Below are positions 1-11,700 of a DNA stretch of 64,000 nucleotides, in pieces. Made by a program: the position numbers and the translations under genes. The notes beneath the pieces were generated by a model. It had not been told where the DNA came from. It worked only from the letters and a program-made list of their open reading frames with translations, and ran no database searches. The stretch is from contig OZ244207.1 of NCBI GenBank assembly GCA_965216875.1, positions 1,088,001 through 1,152,000 on the forward strand, in the 5' to 3' direction. The number at the start of each line of letters is the position of its first letter. Positions within the stretch are counted from its first letter, which is position 1. The stretch is from Rubripirellula sp. (GTDB lineage: Bacteria > Planctomycetota > Planctomycetia > Pirellulales > Pirellulaceae).

Positions 1-714
1 GGCAGGGATGATGAACCACGGCGCTTCCTTTCGGTTGCACTTGTTGATGACATCGTCATACGCCTTGCGGTAATCGTCCCAGCGATCGCGAGCTGAATAG
101 TCGGCGACATTCAACTTCCAGTGCTTTTCGGGATTGTCGAGGCGTTTGCGAAAACGCTCGAGTTGTTCGCGGGGGCTGATGTGCAGGTAGAACTTAAGGA
201 TCTTCGTGCCATTGAGCGCCAGCGCAGATTCGAATTGGTTGATGACCTCGTAGCGAGCGTTCCAAACTTTCTTCGGAACGATGTCCTCGACTCTTACCAC
301 CAACACGTCTTCGTAGTGCGATCGGTTGAAGATCGAAACCTTGCCTTTGCCTGGCGTGCATTTGTGGATCCGCCATAGAAAGTCGTGGGCCGCTTCTTCC
401 TTGCTCGGCACTTTGAAGGGATACGTCCGGCAACCCTGCGGATTCATCTGACCAAGCACTTTCCGAATCACGCCGTCTTTGCCAGCGGCATCTGGCGCTT
501 GAAGGACGATCAGCAGCGATTGTTTGTGTTCGCTGTAAAGTTTGTATTGCAGGTCCCGAATCTGCCCGACCATTTCAGCCGTGTAGGCCTGCGCGTCTTC
601 CTTGCCATCGAACGGGCCAGTGACCTTGGTTTCGAGATTCTTGAGTCGGACCTTTTCGTCAAGCGGCACGCGGTGTTCTTTTGCGAAATCGATCATCGTT
701 TGTTCCGTTGCCAT
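1..714 (-). CDS. ppk2: Polyphosphate kinase 2 family (polyphosphate:nucleotide phosphotransferase), 3' end beyond window
   Basis: Absent from the ORF track because it runs off the edge. Manual translation from ATG at 714 gives MATEQTMIDF...LQAPDAAGKDG (Walker A-like), FKVPSKEE, HDFLWR, IFNRSHYEDVLVVRV, KFYLHIS...PWFIIPA, which are PPK2 motifs. Confidence 0.93.
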   Translation of the reverse strand, partial: MATEQTMIDFAKEHRVPLDEKVRLKNLETKVTGPFDGKEDAQAYTAEMVGQIRDLQYKLYSEHKQSLLIVLQAPDAAGKDGVIRKVLGQMNPQGCRTYPFKVPSKEEAAHDFLWRIHKCTPGKGKVSIFNRSHYEDVLVVRVEDIVPKKVWNARYEVINQFESALALNGTKILKFYLHISPREQLERFRKRLDNPEKHWKLNVADYSARDRWDDYRKAYDDVINKCNRKEAPWFIIPA

Positions 715-1043
715 TGAATTGGATTGCGACAAGATTCTAGCAGCTCTGCCGAACAGGCTTGGGATGACATTTTCACTGTGGCTCCCACAGGCCATGACCG
801 GCACGCAAGCTCGCGTTCGGGTGAGCCATTACGGCACCGGTCGATCGAGCGACAAACGTTAAAAAATGGCGTAGGGGGAGCGAAGGTTTTGCGAACCCGC
901 CGAGCCGCGGCAATCATAATGTTCCGTGAACGTTCGCGACCTGCTATCCACAGCGGCATCAGCTGTGAATACTGTTTCTGCTCAGCCTTCAAGACGCGTT
1001 GGCTGGGCGTTGGTCCTGTAAGTTTGTTTCTGCCTTTGCACTG

Positions 1044-4000
1044 ATGTCAGGCGGACCTTTGCCCGATCATCCCCTTCCATCTGACGACGACGCCGAAGCG
1101 GATCAACTGATTGACCCGCCAACGCTACCTCCTCGCTCGGCAGCAGAGGTTGAGACCAGCGAAGCCGATACGGTGCCTCCCGACGAACCGCTCGAGTGCA
1201 AAACGATTCCGCCTGACGGACCGGTGTACTCGGATGAGGCCTCGGATTCTAAGTCAGATTCGGCCACAACCGATTTGGGGCAGTTCTTCGGAGACTACGA
1301 GTTGCTTGAAGAGGTTGCTCGGGGTGGCATGGGGGTCGTCTACAAGGCACGACAGATTTCGCTCAATCGCGTCGTGGCGCTCAAGATGATCCTTGCAGGT
1401 CAACTCGCGAGTGAAGAAGACGTCCAACGTTTTCACAGTGAAGCCGAGGCCGCTGCAAATCTGGATCATCCCGGCATCGTGCCGATCTTTGAGATTGGTC
1501 AGGTCGACGGCCAGCATTATTTTTCGATGGGTTACGTCGACGGTCAAAACCTCGGTGACAAAATCGCGTCCAGACCGATGGCGCCCACGGAAGCCGCGGA
1601 GCTCGTGTTGAAGGTTTGCGATGCGATGGTCTACGCACACAGCCATGGTGTGATCCATCGCGATTTGAAACCAGCCAACATCCTGATTGATTCAACCGGG
1701 CAACCGAAGGTTACCGACTTTGGCATCGCTCGCAACACCTCGGCGACAAGCGAACTGACCGGCACGGGGCAAATCCTGGGGACGCCAAACTACATGCCGC
1801 CCGAGCAGGCGTCGGGTAAATCGGAACAGATCGGAGCGGCATCGGACGTTTACTCGCTCGGTGCGATTCTCTACTGCTTGTTAACAGGTCGCCCGCCGTT
1901 TCAGGCGGCGAGCGTGATGGACACCTTGCTACAGGTGTTGGAGCAGGAGCCGGTATCACCCAGGCAATTGAACAACCGCGTCACGCGTGATCTTGAAACG
2001 ATCACGTTGAAGTGTTTGCACAAGAAACGGACACGACGCTACGCGACCGCTTCAGCACTTTCGGAAGAACTGCATCGCTTCCTTGATGGACGTCCGATCA
2101 GCGCGCGTCCGATCACCGCGACCGAAAGGACACTGCGGTGGATCGCACGTCATCCGTGGAAAGCTTCGACGGCGATCACTCTGTTGCTTGTCTTCGTTTT
2201 GCTCGCTGGTGGTGCACCCGCCGTTGCCATTCGCGAAAACTATTTGCGTAATCAAGTCGACAGTGAACTGTATGCAAGTCGCGTTCAATTGGCCGAACGC
2301 GAGCATCGGACCGGCCAAGTTGCGGCGGCGATTGTCGCGTTGGACGAATGCCCGCTCGAGTTGCGAGGCTGGGAATGGAACTACGTTTCACGCCTCTGCC
2401 GAATGGGGCCGATCACGGCCGAGCATCACCAAAGGCCGGTGCATGCGGTTGCCTACAACTCAATTGGGAATCAAATCGCATCGGGCGACTCAAGCGGGAC
2501 CGTTGTCCTTTGGGACAGTCGCACGGCTTCAGTCACACAGAGCAAGGCGGCGCATGCAAACGCGGTCACAAGCATTTGCTACACCCCGGATGATCGCTAC
2601 TTGGTTTCGTCGGATCGCGGCGGAGTCATTAAGGTTTGGAAGCTTGGTCCGAGTCTTGGCGAACCGATGCACGTGCTGGATCAACATACCGCTGCGGTCA
2701 ATGCATTGTCGGTCAGCCCAGATGGTCGCTACGTCGCATCGGCAAGCGACGATCAAACGGTGAAGGTGTGGGACGTCGACTCAGGTTCCTGCGTGGCAAC
2801 GATTGCGGATCAGGTCGGACGCATCTATGACGTGGCGTTTCATCCGAATGGCGAGGCCATCGCAACCGCTGGCGAAGACATGATGCTTCGACTCTGGGAT
2901 TGGCAGAACGAACATCAACTGCTCGTCTTTTCTGGCTTGCACCATGGCGTGCGGTCTGTTGACTTCAGCCCGCTCGGCGACCGGTTGGTGTCGGCGGGAA
3001 ATGACAAACTTCTCAGTGTTTGGGACGCCGCGTCGGGACGGCTGTTGCAACGCATGCGTGGTCATCGCGGACCAATTCATCGCGCCGTGTTTGCCCCCAA
3101 TGGTCGCGAAGTGCTTTCCGCAAGTGAGGATCAAACGATTCGACTTTGGGATGTTTCCTCCGGCGATCCCATTCGAGTTTTTCGCGGGCACAGTTGGGCG
3201 GTTGAATCGGTGTGTTTCAGTCCCAATGGTTCGCGTTTTGCATCGGTCTCGCAAGACCAATCGTTGCGGTTATGGGAGGCAAAACACTCGCCCGAGATTT
3301 TGTCGATCCCCGCGGATAAGGATGGCGTGACTGCTTTCGCCCCCTACCAAGAGATACTGTTGACGGGTGGAATGAATAACACGATCCATGCATGGCACAT
3401 CACCTCCGCGGCTCCGGCCGCGCCGGAAGTGCGGTTTCATTCTCAACCGATCCGATGCATCGAAGCGTCGCCCGGCGGCCAGTGGATCGCTAGTAGTGGT
3501 GACGACGGGGTGATCAGGGTATGGAAGCCGAGTGCGATGGAACTTGAAGCGACGCTTGCCGGTCACGTCGGGCCTGTTCAGTCGTTGCGATTCAGTCAGG
3601 ACGGCCAACGTTTGGTCTCATGTGGCGATGATGGTACCGCTCGACTGTGGAATTTGGAGACAGGCGAGAGTGTCGCGCTGCAACACCAAAGCAAGGTGGT
3701 TGACGCCGTCTTCGATGCAACGGGTCAAACGTTCTTCACGGTGACGCAGGCGGGAACGGTGACGAAATGGACCGCTGATTTTGGGCAAAGGGTCCAATCG
3801 GCTTCGTGGGATTTTCCGATCACTTCCGTCACGCTCAATCCGACAAAGCGTGAGGTTTGGATTGGTGATCTGAAAGGCAATCTGGTCGCCCTCAGTAGCG
3901 ATCAATTGACGTTGAATTGGCAACGTCAAGACGCTCATTCCTCGCCAATCACCACAATGACCACCAAAGTCGACGGCAGACGCATTGCAACGGCTGACGC

Positions 4001-5480
4001 GGCGGGAACCCTTAAGGTTTGGCATCCAACCGAAACGGCTCCGTTGCTTTCGCTGCGTGAGCATCGTGATGCAATCACTGAAATCCGGTTTTGCTTTGAC
4101 GATCGTTGGTTGGTGACAGCGAGTCTCGATGGCAAGGTCAACATTCTTGATTCCGCTCTGCCGACTCGGCAACAGCGACGTGCGAAATGGTTGGTCGAAT
4201 CGTTGACGGCGATCGGATCAGGCGGTGACGCGATCGACGAGCAAATCGCGACTTTGTGTGGCGAGAATGCACAGCTGGCTGCCGATGCACGCCGTTACTT
4301 TGCCGGACACGGCGCGACCCCCGAACAGTGGCTCGCCGAAGCGGCCGAAACCGTTTCTTGGCCCGGAGCTTCAATGCGAGTCTACGCGCATGCACTTGGG
4401 CAAGTCCAACGAGTGCACGCGATTCGAAAGGCGACGCCCCGAAGTCTCGAAGTCCTTGCCACCGCGCAATTTCGAATCGGCGAACTCGACGCAGCACGCC
4501 AATCGCTTGTTCGTCGAACCGAACTGATTGACGCGACAAACAATGGGGCTGAAACCGTCGACGATTGGCCAGACTCCGGCATGTCATTGCCCATCGAAGC
4601 GATCGTGGCCCACGGACTGGGCGACTCCGAACTTGCGATCAAGAAACTCACCGGGGTGTGGGGAGCGCGGAACGGTTTGTCATGGCGGCAAGATGAGATG
4701 GCTGCCATGCAGTCTCGCCGAATGTTTGAAGAGGCAAAGCGAGTGATCTTTGGACAATGGGTGGACGAAGTCGAAGCGTTGCTTGAGATCAAGGGGATGC
4801 CAAGCTCAGCAGGACCAGTGGTATTGAACGCCAAATCACTGCTGCATGCCGACGAAACACGCTCAGAGACTTCAAAAAAAGTGCTGCCCTATCTGGTTGC
4901 CGATCATTTGGTCGATGCCTTAGGGCGTCAGTGGATGGTCCCGCATCGTATGGTCAAGGCACTTGAAGACAACGAAGAACTCGACGAACGCGTTCGCGAG
5001 ATTGCGCTCGAGATGACGTCTCAATACAGGGCTGAACCACAGGTCTTGTTCGATGCGAGTTTGCGAGTCCTCACGACGCCTGGCTTGACTGCAAACGAGT
5101 ACCGCCTGGCTGCTGATCAAGCCGAAGAATTGAAACGCGTCCTCGCAACGTCGCCTCGAGAATCGTATCCAACAACCATCGTCGACACTCTGTTTGGCTG
5201 TGCTCAGTTTCGCATCGGCGATGTCGATGGCTCAATTGTCACGTTGGAAGCAACACTTGGAACGACCGATGCAATGAGTGCGATTCGATTGGCGTTTTTG
5301 GCAATGGCTTATCGTGCCAAGGGTAACGTCGAACGGGGGGCATTCTATTTTGAGCGAATCAAACAGGTTGAGTCGCGGATTTCGCCGATCGCGTCGCTGT
5401 CGGAGTTGATTTCCGAAGTGAAAGGCGAGTTTGGCAATCCCGACGATGTCGGTTTGGACGTCCACGGGCGACCGCTGTGA
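1044..5480 (+). CDS. Hanks-type Ser/Thr protein kinase with TM segment, WD40 repeats and helical (TPR-like) C-terminus
   Basis: ARGGMGVVY, VALK, HRDLKPAN, DFG and GTPNYMPPEQ motifs; many GH...WD repeats. ATG at 1044 preferred over the upstream TTG at 999. Confidence 0.93.
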   Translation: MSGGPLPDHPLPSDDDAEADQLIDPPTLPPRSAAEVETSEADTVPPDEPLECKTIPPDGPVYSDEASDSKSDSATTDLGQFFGDYELLEEVARGGMGVVYKARQISLNRVVALKMILAGQLASEEDVQRFHSEAEAAANLDHPGIVPIFEIGQVDGQHYFSMGYVDGQNLGDKIASRPMAPTEAAELVLKVCDAMVYAHSHGVIHRDLKPANILIDSTGQPKVTDFGIARNTSATSELTGTGQILGTPNYMPPEQASGKSEQIGAASDVYSLGAILYCLLTGRPPFQAASVMDTLLQVLEQEPVSPRQLNNRVTRDLETITLKCLHKKRTRRYATASALSEELHRFLDGRPISARPITATERTLRWIARHPWKASTAITLLLVFVLLAGGAPAVAIRENYLRNQVDSELYASRVQLAEREHRTGQVAAAIVALDECPLELRGWEWNYVSRLCRMGPITAEHHQRPVHAVAYNSIGNQIASGDSSGTVVLWDSRTASVTQSKAAHANAVTSICYTPDDRYLVSSDRGGVIKVWKLGPSLGEPMHVLDQHTAAVNALSVSPDGRYVASASDDQTVKVWDVDSGSCVATIADQVGRIYDVAFHPNGEAIATAGEDMMLRLWDWQNEHQLLVFSGLHHGVRSVDFSPLGDRLVSAGNDKLLSVWDAASGRLLQRMRGHRGPIHRAVFAPNGREVLSASEDQTIRLWDVSSGDPIRVFRGHSWAVESVCFSPNGSRFASVSQDQSLRLWEAKHSPEILSIPADKDGVTAFAPYQEILLTGGMNNTIHAWHITSAAPAAPEVRFHSQPIRCIEASPGGQWIASSGDDGVIRVWKPSAMELEATLAGHVGPVQSLRFSQDGQRLVSCGDDGTARLWNLETGESVALQHQSKVVDAVFDATGQTFFTVTQAGTVTKWTADFGQRVQSASWDFPITSVTLNPTKREVWIGDLKGNLVALSSDQLTLNWQRQDAHSSPITTMTTKVDGRRIATADAAGTLKVWHPTETAPLLSLREHRDAITEIRFCFDDRWLVTASLDGKVNILDSALPTRQQRRAKWLVESLTAIGSGGDAIDEQIATLCGENAQLAADARRYFAGHGATPEQWLAEAAETVSWPGASMRVYAHALGQVQRVHAIRKATPRSLEVLATAQFRIGELDAARQSLVRRTELIDATNNGAETVDDWPDSGMSLPIEAIVAHGLGDSELAIKKLTGVWGARNGLSWRQDEMAAMQSRRMFEEAKRVIFGQWVDEVEALLEIKGMPSSAGPVVLNAKSLLHADETRSETSKKVLPYLVADHLVDALGRQWMVPHRMVKALEDNEELDERVREIALEMTSQYRAEPQVLFDASLRVLTTPGLTANEYRLAADQAEELKRVLATSPRESYPTTIVDTLFGCAQFRIGDVDGSIVTLEATLGTTDAMSAIRLAFLAMAYRAKGNVERGAFYFERIKQVESRISPIASLSELISEVKGEFGNPDDVGLDVHGRPL

Positions 5481-5607
5481 ATCGATGGCAAGCTGGAAGG
5501 CCAACTGTTACCAGGCACTCAGAGAACTTACACTTTTCTTGCTGTCGTCCCTGGTTGTTTGGGATGACAGGACAACCGCAAAACGAATCGCTTGATTGAG
5601 TTGTGAA

Positions 5608-6855
5608 ATGCAGCGTGAACTTCTTGTCGTTTCTGGTCCAGAAAAAGGTCGCCGCTTCCCGCTTGAAGATGGGCAGACATTGACGATTGGACGTGGGCAG
5701 GCGAGCGGTACCCAACTCAACGATCCGCGAATGTCTCGCGTGCATTGTCGAGTGATCGTCGATGGTGCATCAACATTGCTCGTCGATGCGGAAAGCACGG
5801 GGGGAACGCATGTCGCGGGAAATCGAATCGATCAACACGCGTTGCAACCAGGTGAGGTTTTCAAGGTCGGTGACTCCGAGATTCGCTACACGCTCGATGG
5901 AGCCGGTGAACAGGTCACACTCGGCGCAACTTCACAAGCATCGCCGACGCCATCGAAGCCCAAGCCGGCGATGCGGCAGCTACAGGATTTGGTCGGTGAG
6001 ATGTTCACGGACTTTCGCGCCGACTCGATCATCACCATGGGGACCTCCGGCATGGTGTTCAAAGGGACAGACACCGAACGCAACCGCCCTGTCGCAATCA
6101 AAGTGTTATCGCCCGATTTCACCAACAGCGAAGAGCAGAAAGAGCGGTTTGTCCGCGCTATGAAAACGATGATGCCGATCAAGCATCCCAACATCGTGCA
6201 GCTCTATCGGGCCGGAAAGAAAGGGCCGTTTTGTTGGGCTGCGATGGAGTACATCGAGGGTGAAAGCATCACGCAAGTGATCGACCGAATCGGAATCGAG
6301 GGAATGCTCGATTGGCGCGCCGTTTGGCGCGTCGGCGTTCATATTGGTCGAGCGCTCGACGCAGCTCATCGAAACCAAATCATCCACCGGAACGTGACGC
6401 CCAACAACTTGTTGCAGCGCAAATCGGACAAGGTTTGTTTGCTCGGCGATCTGGCGCTTGCCAAGGCGCTCGAAGGCACCTTGGCCAAGCAGGTCACACA
6501 ACCAGGCCAATTGATCGGCGACGTTCCTTACATGTCACCGGAACGCACTCGCGATAGCGCCGGCGCCGATCATCGTAGCGACTTGTACGGGCTCGGAGCC
6601 ACGTTGTACGCGTTGCTGACAGGACGCCCGCCATTTGAAAGCGATTCATTGCCAGAACTTGTCAAGCAAGTCCGCGATGCAGAACCGAAGCGGCCTCGTG
6701 AATACCAACTGGCCATCAACGAGTTGTTCCAAGACGTGGTCATCCAATTGTTGGCCAAGGAACCGGATGATCGCTACGCGACTCCGCGAGATCTACTGAA
6801 CGACTTGGAGCGAATCGGCAAGTTCAACAATCTCAACGCCGACGAAAACTCCTGA
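5608..6855 (+). CDS. FHA domain-containing Ser/Thr kinase-like protein (probable pseudokinase)
   Basis: FHA motifs IGRG...SRVH; kinase fold with VAIK, HRNVTPNN, GDLALA, YMSPE and SDLYGLG. Confidence 0.88.
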   Translation: MQRELLVVSGPEKGRRFPLEDGQTLTIGRGQASGTQLNDPRMSRVHCRVIVDGASTLLVDAESTGGTHVAGNRIDQHALQPGEVFKVGDSEIRYTLDGAGEQVTLGATSQASPTPSKPKPAMRQLQDLVGEMFTDFRADSIITMGTSGMVFKGTDTERNRPVAIKVLSPDFTNSEEQKERFVRAMKTMMPIKHPNIVQLYRAGKKGPFCWAAMEYIEGESITQVIDRIGIEGMLDWRAVWRVGVHIGRALDAAHRNQIIHRNVTPNNLLQRKSDKVCLLGDLALAKALEGTLAKQVTQPGQLIGDVPYMSPERTRDSAGADHRSDLYGLGATLYALLTGRPPFESDSLPELVKQVRDAEPKRPREYQLAINELFQDVVIQLLAKEPDDRYATPRDLLNDLERIGKFNNLNADENS

Positions 6856-6876
6856 TCGGTAAGCCCGCATTCCCCA

Positions 6877-7055
6877 TGAGCCGAACGCGCTGGATAGGGC
6901 CTTGCTGGATAGGGCCTTGCTGGTTTGGGATTGTTCGAAAAAGACATTCCCTCCCCGGACTTTGCGTCCGACCCTCCCGCAGGCGGGAGGGTGTTTGTAC
7001 TACCGAGCTTTAGCCGGAATCTTCTCACCTTCCGACTAGCGGCCGGACTACAAAC
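6877..7055. repeat. Mosaic extragenic repeat cluster between convergent genes
   Basis: TGAGCCGAACGCGCT (REP-B half); 15-bp tandem GCTGGATAGGGCCTT x2 (6889-6918); hairpin ACCCTCCCGC-AG-GCGGGAGGGT (6971-6992); degenerate REP-C palindrome (6993-7055). Confidence 0.75.
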
Positions 7056-7092
7056 AATGCGTCTTGCGGGCGTTTGCAAACCGACAAGAGAA

Positions 7093-7851
7093 CTACGATC
7101 GAAATCGCTTGCGGTACTTTAGCGGGGTCAAACCAGTCGACGACTTAAAGTGTCGATTGAAATGACTCTGATCGTAGAAGCCACAATCGGTGGCGATCTG
7201 CGAGATGCCGTTGTCACTACTTTCAAGCAAGTGCCGCGCAACGCCGATTCGAACTTCGCGCAAGTATCGGATGGGTGTGATTCCAAAGTAGGCAGAAAAC
7301 TCTCGTTGCAACTGACTGATCGAAAGGTGCACATGCTCGGCCATGTCGGTCACTTCGATCGGGGCACTGTAGTTCTCGGTCACAAATGCAACCACACTCA
7401 TTAGCCTGCTGTGGCCGGATGATCCATCGTCGGATAATTCATAGGGCCGCTTGATGCCTGCGATCCCGGCAATCTTGCCATCGGACCCTTCGAGCGGAAT
7501 CTTGCTGCACAGGCAAACACGCGGCACACCGTTTTGTCCGGGGACGAGCCAGACTTGATTGGAAAGCGGTTGCCCGGTTGCGATCACACGCTGGTCTTCG
7601 GCAACGTATTGAGCCGCGATCGCTGGTGGAAAGAAGTCAAAGTCCGTTTTGCCGATCAGCGCATCGGGATCGGTTTCCCCGACAACCTCGCAAACGACGC
7701 GATTGGCACGTACAAAACGACTCTGGTCGTCTTTGATGTACATGTAGACGCCAGGGATGAAATCGAACAGATCGAGCAGGTTCCTGGGGCGGGCTAGCCG
7801 CCGAAAAAAGTCATCCTGCCACTGCTGCGGCGAGCTTTGCGATTCGGGCAT
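7093..7851 (-). CDS. AraC family transcriptional regulator with N-terminal PAS domain
   Basis: PAS-like YIKDDQSRFVRAN...LIGKTDFDFFP; C-terminal double HTH ending IATDCGFYDQSHFNRHFKSSTGLTPLKYR. Start trimmed to MPESQ at 7851. Confidence 0.92.
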   Translation of the reverse strand: MPESQSSPQQWQDDFFRRLARPRNLLDLFDFIPGVYMYIKDDQSRFVRANRVVCEVVGETDPDALIGKTDFDFFPPAIAAQYVAEDQRVIATGQPLSNQVWLVPGQNGVPRVCLCSKIPLEGSDGKIAGIAGIKRPYELSDDGSSGHSRLMSVVAFVTENYSAPIEVTDMAEHVHLSISQLQREFSAYFGITPIRYLREVRIGVARHLLESSDNGISQIATDCGFYDQSHFNRHFKSSTGLTPLKYRKRFRS

Positions 7852-8097
7852 GCGGCAAACGTACAATTTTTCGCGTCGATCTTGCAATCCCCCGGCAGCG
7901 TTTTTGACGATAATTTCATCCATCAAGCTTGAGGCTCGGAAGCGGTTCCCACCTACATACCGCGGAAAACCCGAGTCGACATCGCCGAACGATTGGCGGT
8001 CCATCCTTTCTGTGTCAGCTCGCCAGCGAGTTCGAACAGTCACCCAATTGATACCCGAAAGAAGAGAACCATCACGGAATCCCGTGAAACCACTGAG

Positions 8098-8520
8098 ATG
8101 AAAATCGACCTCACTTCGGACGCTGCGGAACGAATTGTCGCAGCCGCCATTGCGAAATCGGACGAGCTGGGCGTGAAAATGAACGTCGCCGTCGTCGACG
8201 CAGGAGCGAACCTGAAAGCCTTTCGACGTATGGATGGTGCTTGGCTAGGCAGCATCGATATCGCTTGCAAGAAAGCCAAAACCGCCCGGTATTTTGACAT
8301 GCCGACCGGACAAATCGGGGAGATCTCGCAACCAGGATCTTCGTTGTTCAACATCGAGCACTCGAACGACGGTTTGATCACCTTTCCAGGTGGATTGCCT
8401 GTCACCAACGATGATGGCATGGTCATCGGCGCTGTTGGTGTTTCAGGCTCGACCGTCGAAAACGATCACCTTGTCGCTCAAGCGGGCGTCGATGCGATCA
8501 CCGCAAGTGTGGGCGCCTAG
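8098..8520 (+). CDS. GlcG/HbpS family heme-binding protein
   Basis: [10 protein letters not shown]...RMDGA...SIDIA.KKAKTA and FPGGLP...IGAVGVSG motifs. Confidence 0.9.
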   Translation: MKIDLTSDAAERIVAAAIAKSDELGVKMNVAVVDAGANLKAFRRMDGAWLGSIDIACKKAKTARYFDMPTGQIGEISQPGSSLFNIEHSNDGLITFPGGLPVTNDDGMVIGAVGVSGSTVENDHLVAQAGVDAITASVGA

Positions 8521-8704
8521 CGTCTGTCACAGATCGTCGCAGCGACTGACTTTCTTTTGGTCCGAAGCGACAGGAAAATAGGATGTCTGTGTCGTCAACC
8601 GACGACACGCATCGCACTTGAATGTTGCTGTTGGTTTCGCGTTGCCTGTGCGACGCGGCCGGCGGCTTCCAACCCGCCCCCTCTCTATTTGCAAAGCACA
8701 TACG

Positions 8705-11700
8705 ATGCGACATGCCGTCCTTGGTTGCCTCGTTAGTTTCTCGCTGATCTCTCCTTTGATCGCCGAAGAGCCCGACTCGGTCGACTTCACCCGCGATGTT
8801 CTGCCGATCCTCGCGGATCGCTGCTATGCGTGCCACGGTGTGGATGCCGAGGCCCGCGAAGCTGACCTGCGGCTCGATGTCCGCGAGGACGCAATCGACT
8901 TTGGAGCGATCGTTGCCGGTGAACCCGACGACAGTGAACTGATCGCTCGCGTCTTCACCGATGACGAAGACCTCATCATGCCTCCCAAAGAGCTCAAGAA
9001 GCCATTGAGCGAGGAGGAGAAAGAGACGCTACGCCGATGGGTTGCCGAAGGTGCAACCTACAAGTCGCATTGGGCGTTTGATGCACCGACCAAGCCCGAA
9101 CTGCCGGAGGTGAGCGATGCCTCTTGGGCAAAGAACGAAATCGATCACTTCGTTTTGAAACAGCTCGATGACGAAGGGCTCGTGCCAGCCCCGCCAGCCG
9201 ATGCCGCGTCACTGTTTCGTCGCATTCATCTCGACATCACAGGTTTGCCGCCGGCACCCAAGGATGTCCAACAATTCATCGCCGACTTCGACCACGATCC
9301 GGATCAGGCGGTTTCGCAGTGGATTGATCGCTTGATGGAGCTTCCGGCATGGGGCGAACACCGTGCACGCTATTGGCTTGACGCGGCTCGTTACGGCGAC
9401 ACTCACGGTTTGCATTTTGATAACTACCGCGAAATGTGGCTCTACCGCGACTGGGTCATTCGGTCGTTTAATAACAACCAGACCTTTGACCAGTTCACGA
9501 TTGAGCAGCTTGCTGGTGATTTGCTCGAGAATCCGACGACTGACCAATTGGTTGCGACCGGTTTTCAGCGTTGCAACATCACCACCAACGAAGGCGGCAC
9601 GATCGCCGAAGAGAACCTTGCCAACTACGCGTCGGACCGCGTGCAAACCTTTGGCTGGGTCTACCTTGGGCTGACAACCAATTGTTGTCAGTGCCACGAT
9701 CACAAGTTTGACCCGTTGACCATGCGAGACTATTACTCGCTGGCAGCCTACTTCCGAAACACGACGCAAGGAAGCCACGACGGTAACTCAAAGGATGGGC
9801 GTGGTCCTGTCATTCGTGTTCCGACACCTGAAGACAAGGCGATCCTTGACAAGTTGCCTGGTCAAATCGATGCAGCAAAAGGACTGGTCGCAAAGCTACG
9901 CAAAGAGGCCGAGCCGGAATTCAAAGCATGGCTAAGCAACGCGAGCGTCGAAAGCTTGCAGATTCCTGTCGACGATCTCGCTTTTCATTTGCCGCTTGCT
10001 GAAGGTCAAGGCAAGACGCTCGTTGCAGAGGTTGGCGCCGATGCCGCAATCGAACTGAAAAACGAAGTCAAGTGGAGCGACGACGGGCTGATCGGTCCCA
10101 GCGTGAAGATTCACTCCGGCGGTATCCTCACGCTTGGCGATTACCTGAACGTGGACCGCGGTGACTCGTTCAGCGTCGGTGCCTGGATTCGCGCCGACAA
10201 TCAACGTTCCACTGGCGTCATCGCCCGAATGGATGTCGAAAACAACTTTCGAGGTTGGGACATTTTTCAACAGGGTAACGAGATCGCCTGTCACTTGATT
10301 GACAGTTGGCCCGACAACGCACTGAAAGTGACCACCACCGGAAAAGCGTTGAAGGTCAAGAAATGGCAACACGTCTTGGTGACCTACAACGGCTCGGGAA
10401 AAGCCGACGGCATCAAGATCTATGTTGACGGCAAGCCTCAGAAAACGCGTGTCGAGAACAAAACACTCAAACCAGACGCGACCTTCAAGAGCGATGTGCC
10501 TTTGAAGTTGGGACAACGCAGTAGTGGTCCAATCTTTGACGGCGGATCCATCCAGGACTTGAGGTTCTATTCGGCCGTCCTTTCCCAACAGAGCGTTGGG
10601 CAGTTGGCCGAAAACGGAAACCTCGTCAAGTTGCTTTCCAAACCGGCTGACAAACGCTCGGACAAAGATCGGGATGTGCTTAAAAACCACTACCTGACAA
10701 GCAATAGCGAAGCTTTTCGCACAGCCACAGCGAAGCTTGATGCGTTGAACGGACGGCGCGACGAGATCAATAAACGCAGTCCCGTCACTCATGTGCAAAA
10801 AGAGAAGATGGATTCGTCCGCGATGGCGAACATTCTGATGCGTGGCCAGTACGACAAGGTTGGCGACGAAGTCAGCGCGGGGACACCGGAAATGTTGCAC
10901 CCGATCGCCGAGAACGCTCCCAAGAATCGACTTGGACTCGCAAGGTGGGTCGTCGATCCAGCCAACCCGCTGACAACCCGTGTGACGGTCAACCGATTTT
11001 GGCAAGAAGTCTTTGGCAAAGGCATCGTCACCACCCCAGAAGATTTTGGTGTGATGGGCGCATCCCCGTCGCATCCCGAGTTGCTTGATTGGCTCGCGGT
11101 CGACTTTCGTGAAAATGGTTGGGATGTCAAACGTCTGTTCAAGCAAATGATGACCAGTGCGACTTACCGCCAAGCCGCCATCAACACGGACGCAAAGGAC
11201 GCGGCCGATCGCGACAATGCGTTGCTGTCCCGCGGTCCTCGCTTCCGCATGGATGGCGAAATGATTCGTGATTCGGCGCTCTCTGCGAGTGGGCTCCTTT
11301 CGGAAAAGATGTATGGTCCGGGTGTGCGTCCCTACCAACCCGACAACATTTGGAACATCGTAGGCTTGCCCGGTGGCGACACCCGCAACTACAAGCAAGA
11401 CACCGGTGAAAACCTGTACCGACGAACCATTTATTCGTTCTGGAAACGAATGGCTCCGCCACCCAACATGGAAACCTTTAACGCTCCTAGTCGTGAGGTG
11501 TGTGCGGTCAGTCGAGAGCGAACCAACACGCCTCTACAGGCGCTGGTGACACTCAATGACCCGCAGTTCGTCGAGGCAGCTCGCGTCTTGGCGGAAAAGG
11601 CGATTGCTTCGGACGACACCTTTGAAGCACGCGTCGACTTCGCCGCTCAACGGTTAATCGGTCGGTCGTTCAAACCGATTGAAATGGCGATCTTGCGAGC

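Noticed and set aside
9932..11398. 488-aa antisense ORF, and similar ones at 15589-16545, 16845-17957, 18754-19782, 33757-34902 and 45988-47115
   Set aside because: Shadow ORFs opposite well-supported genes in high-GC DNA, with no recognisable motifs.
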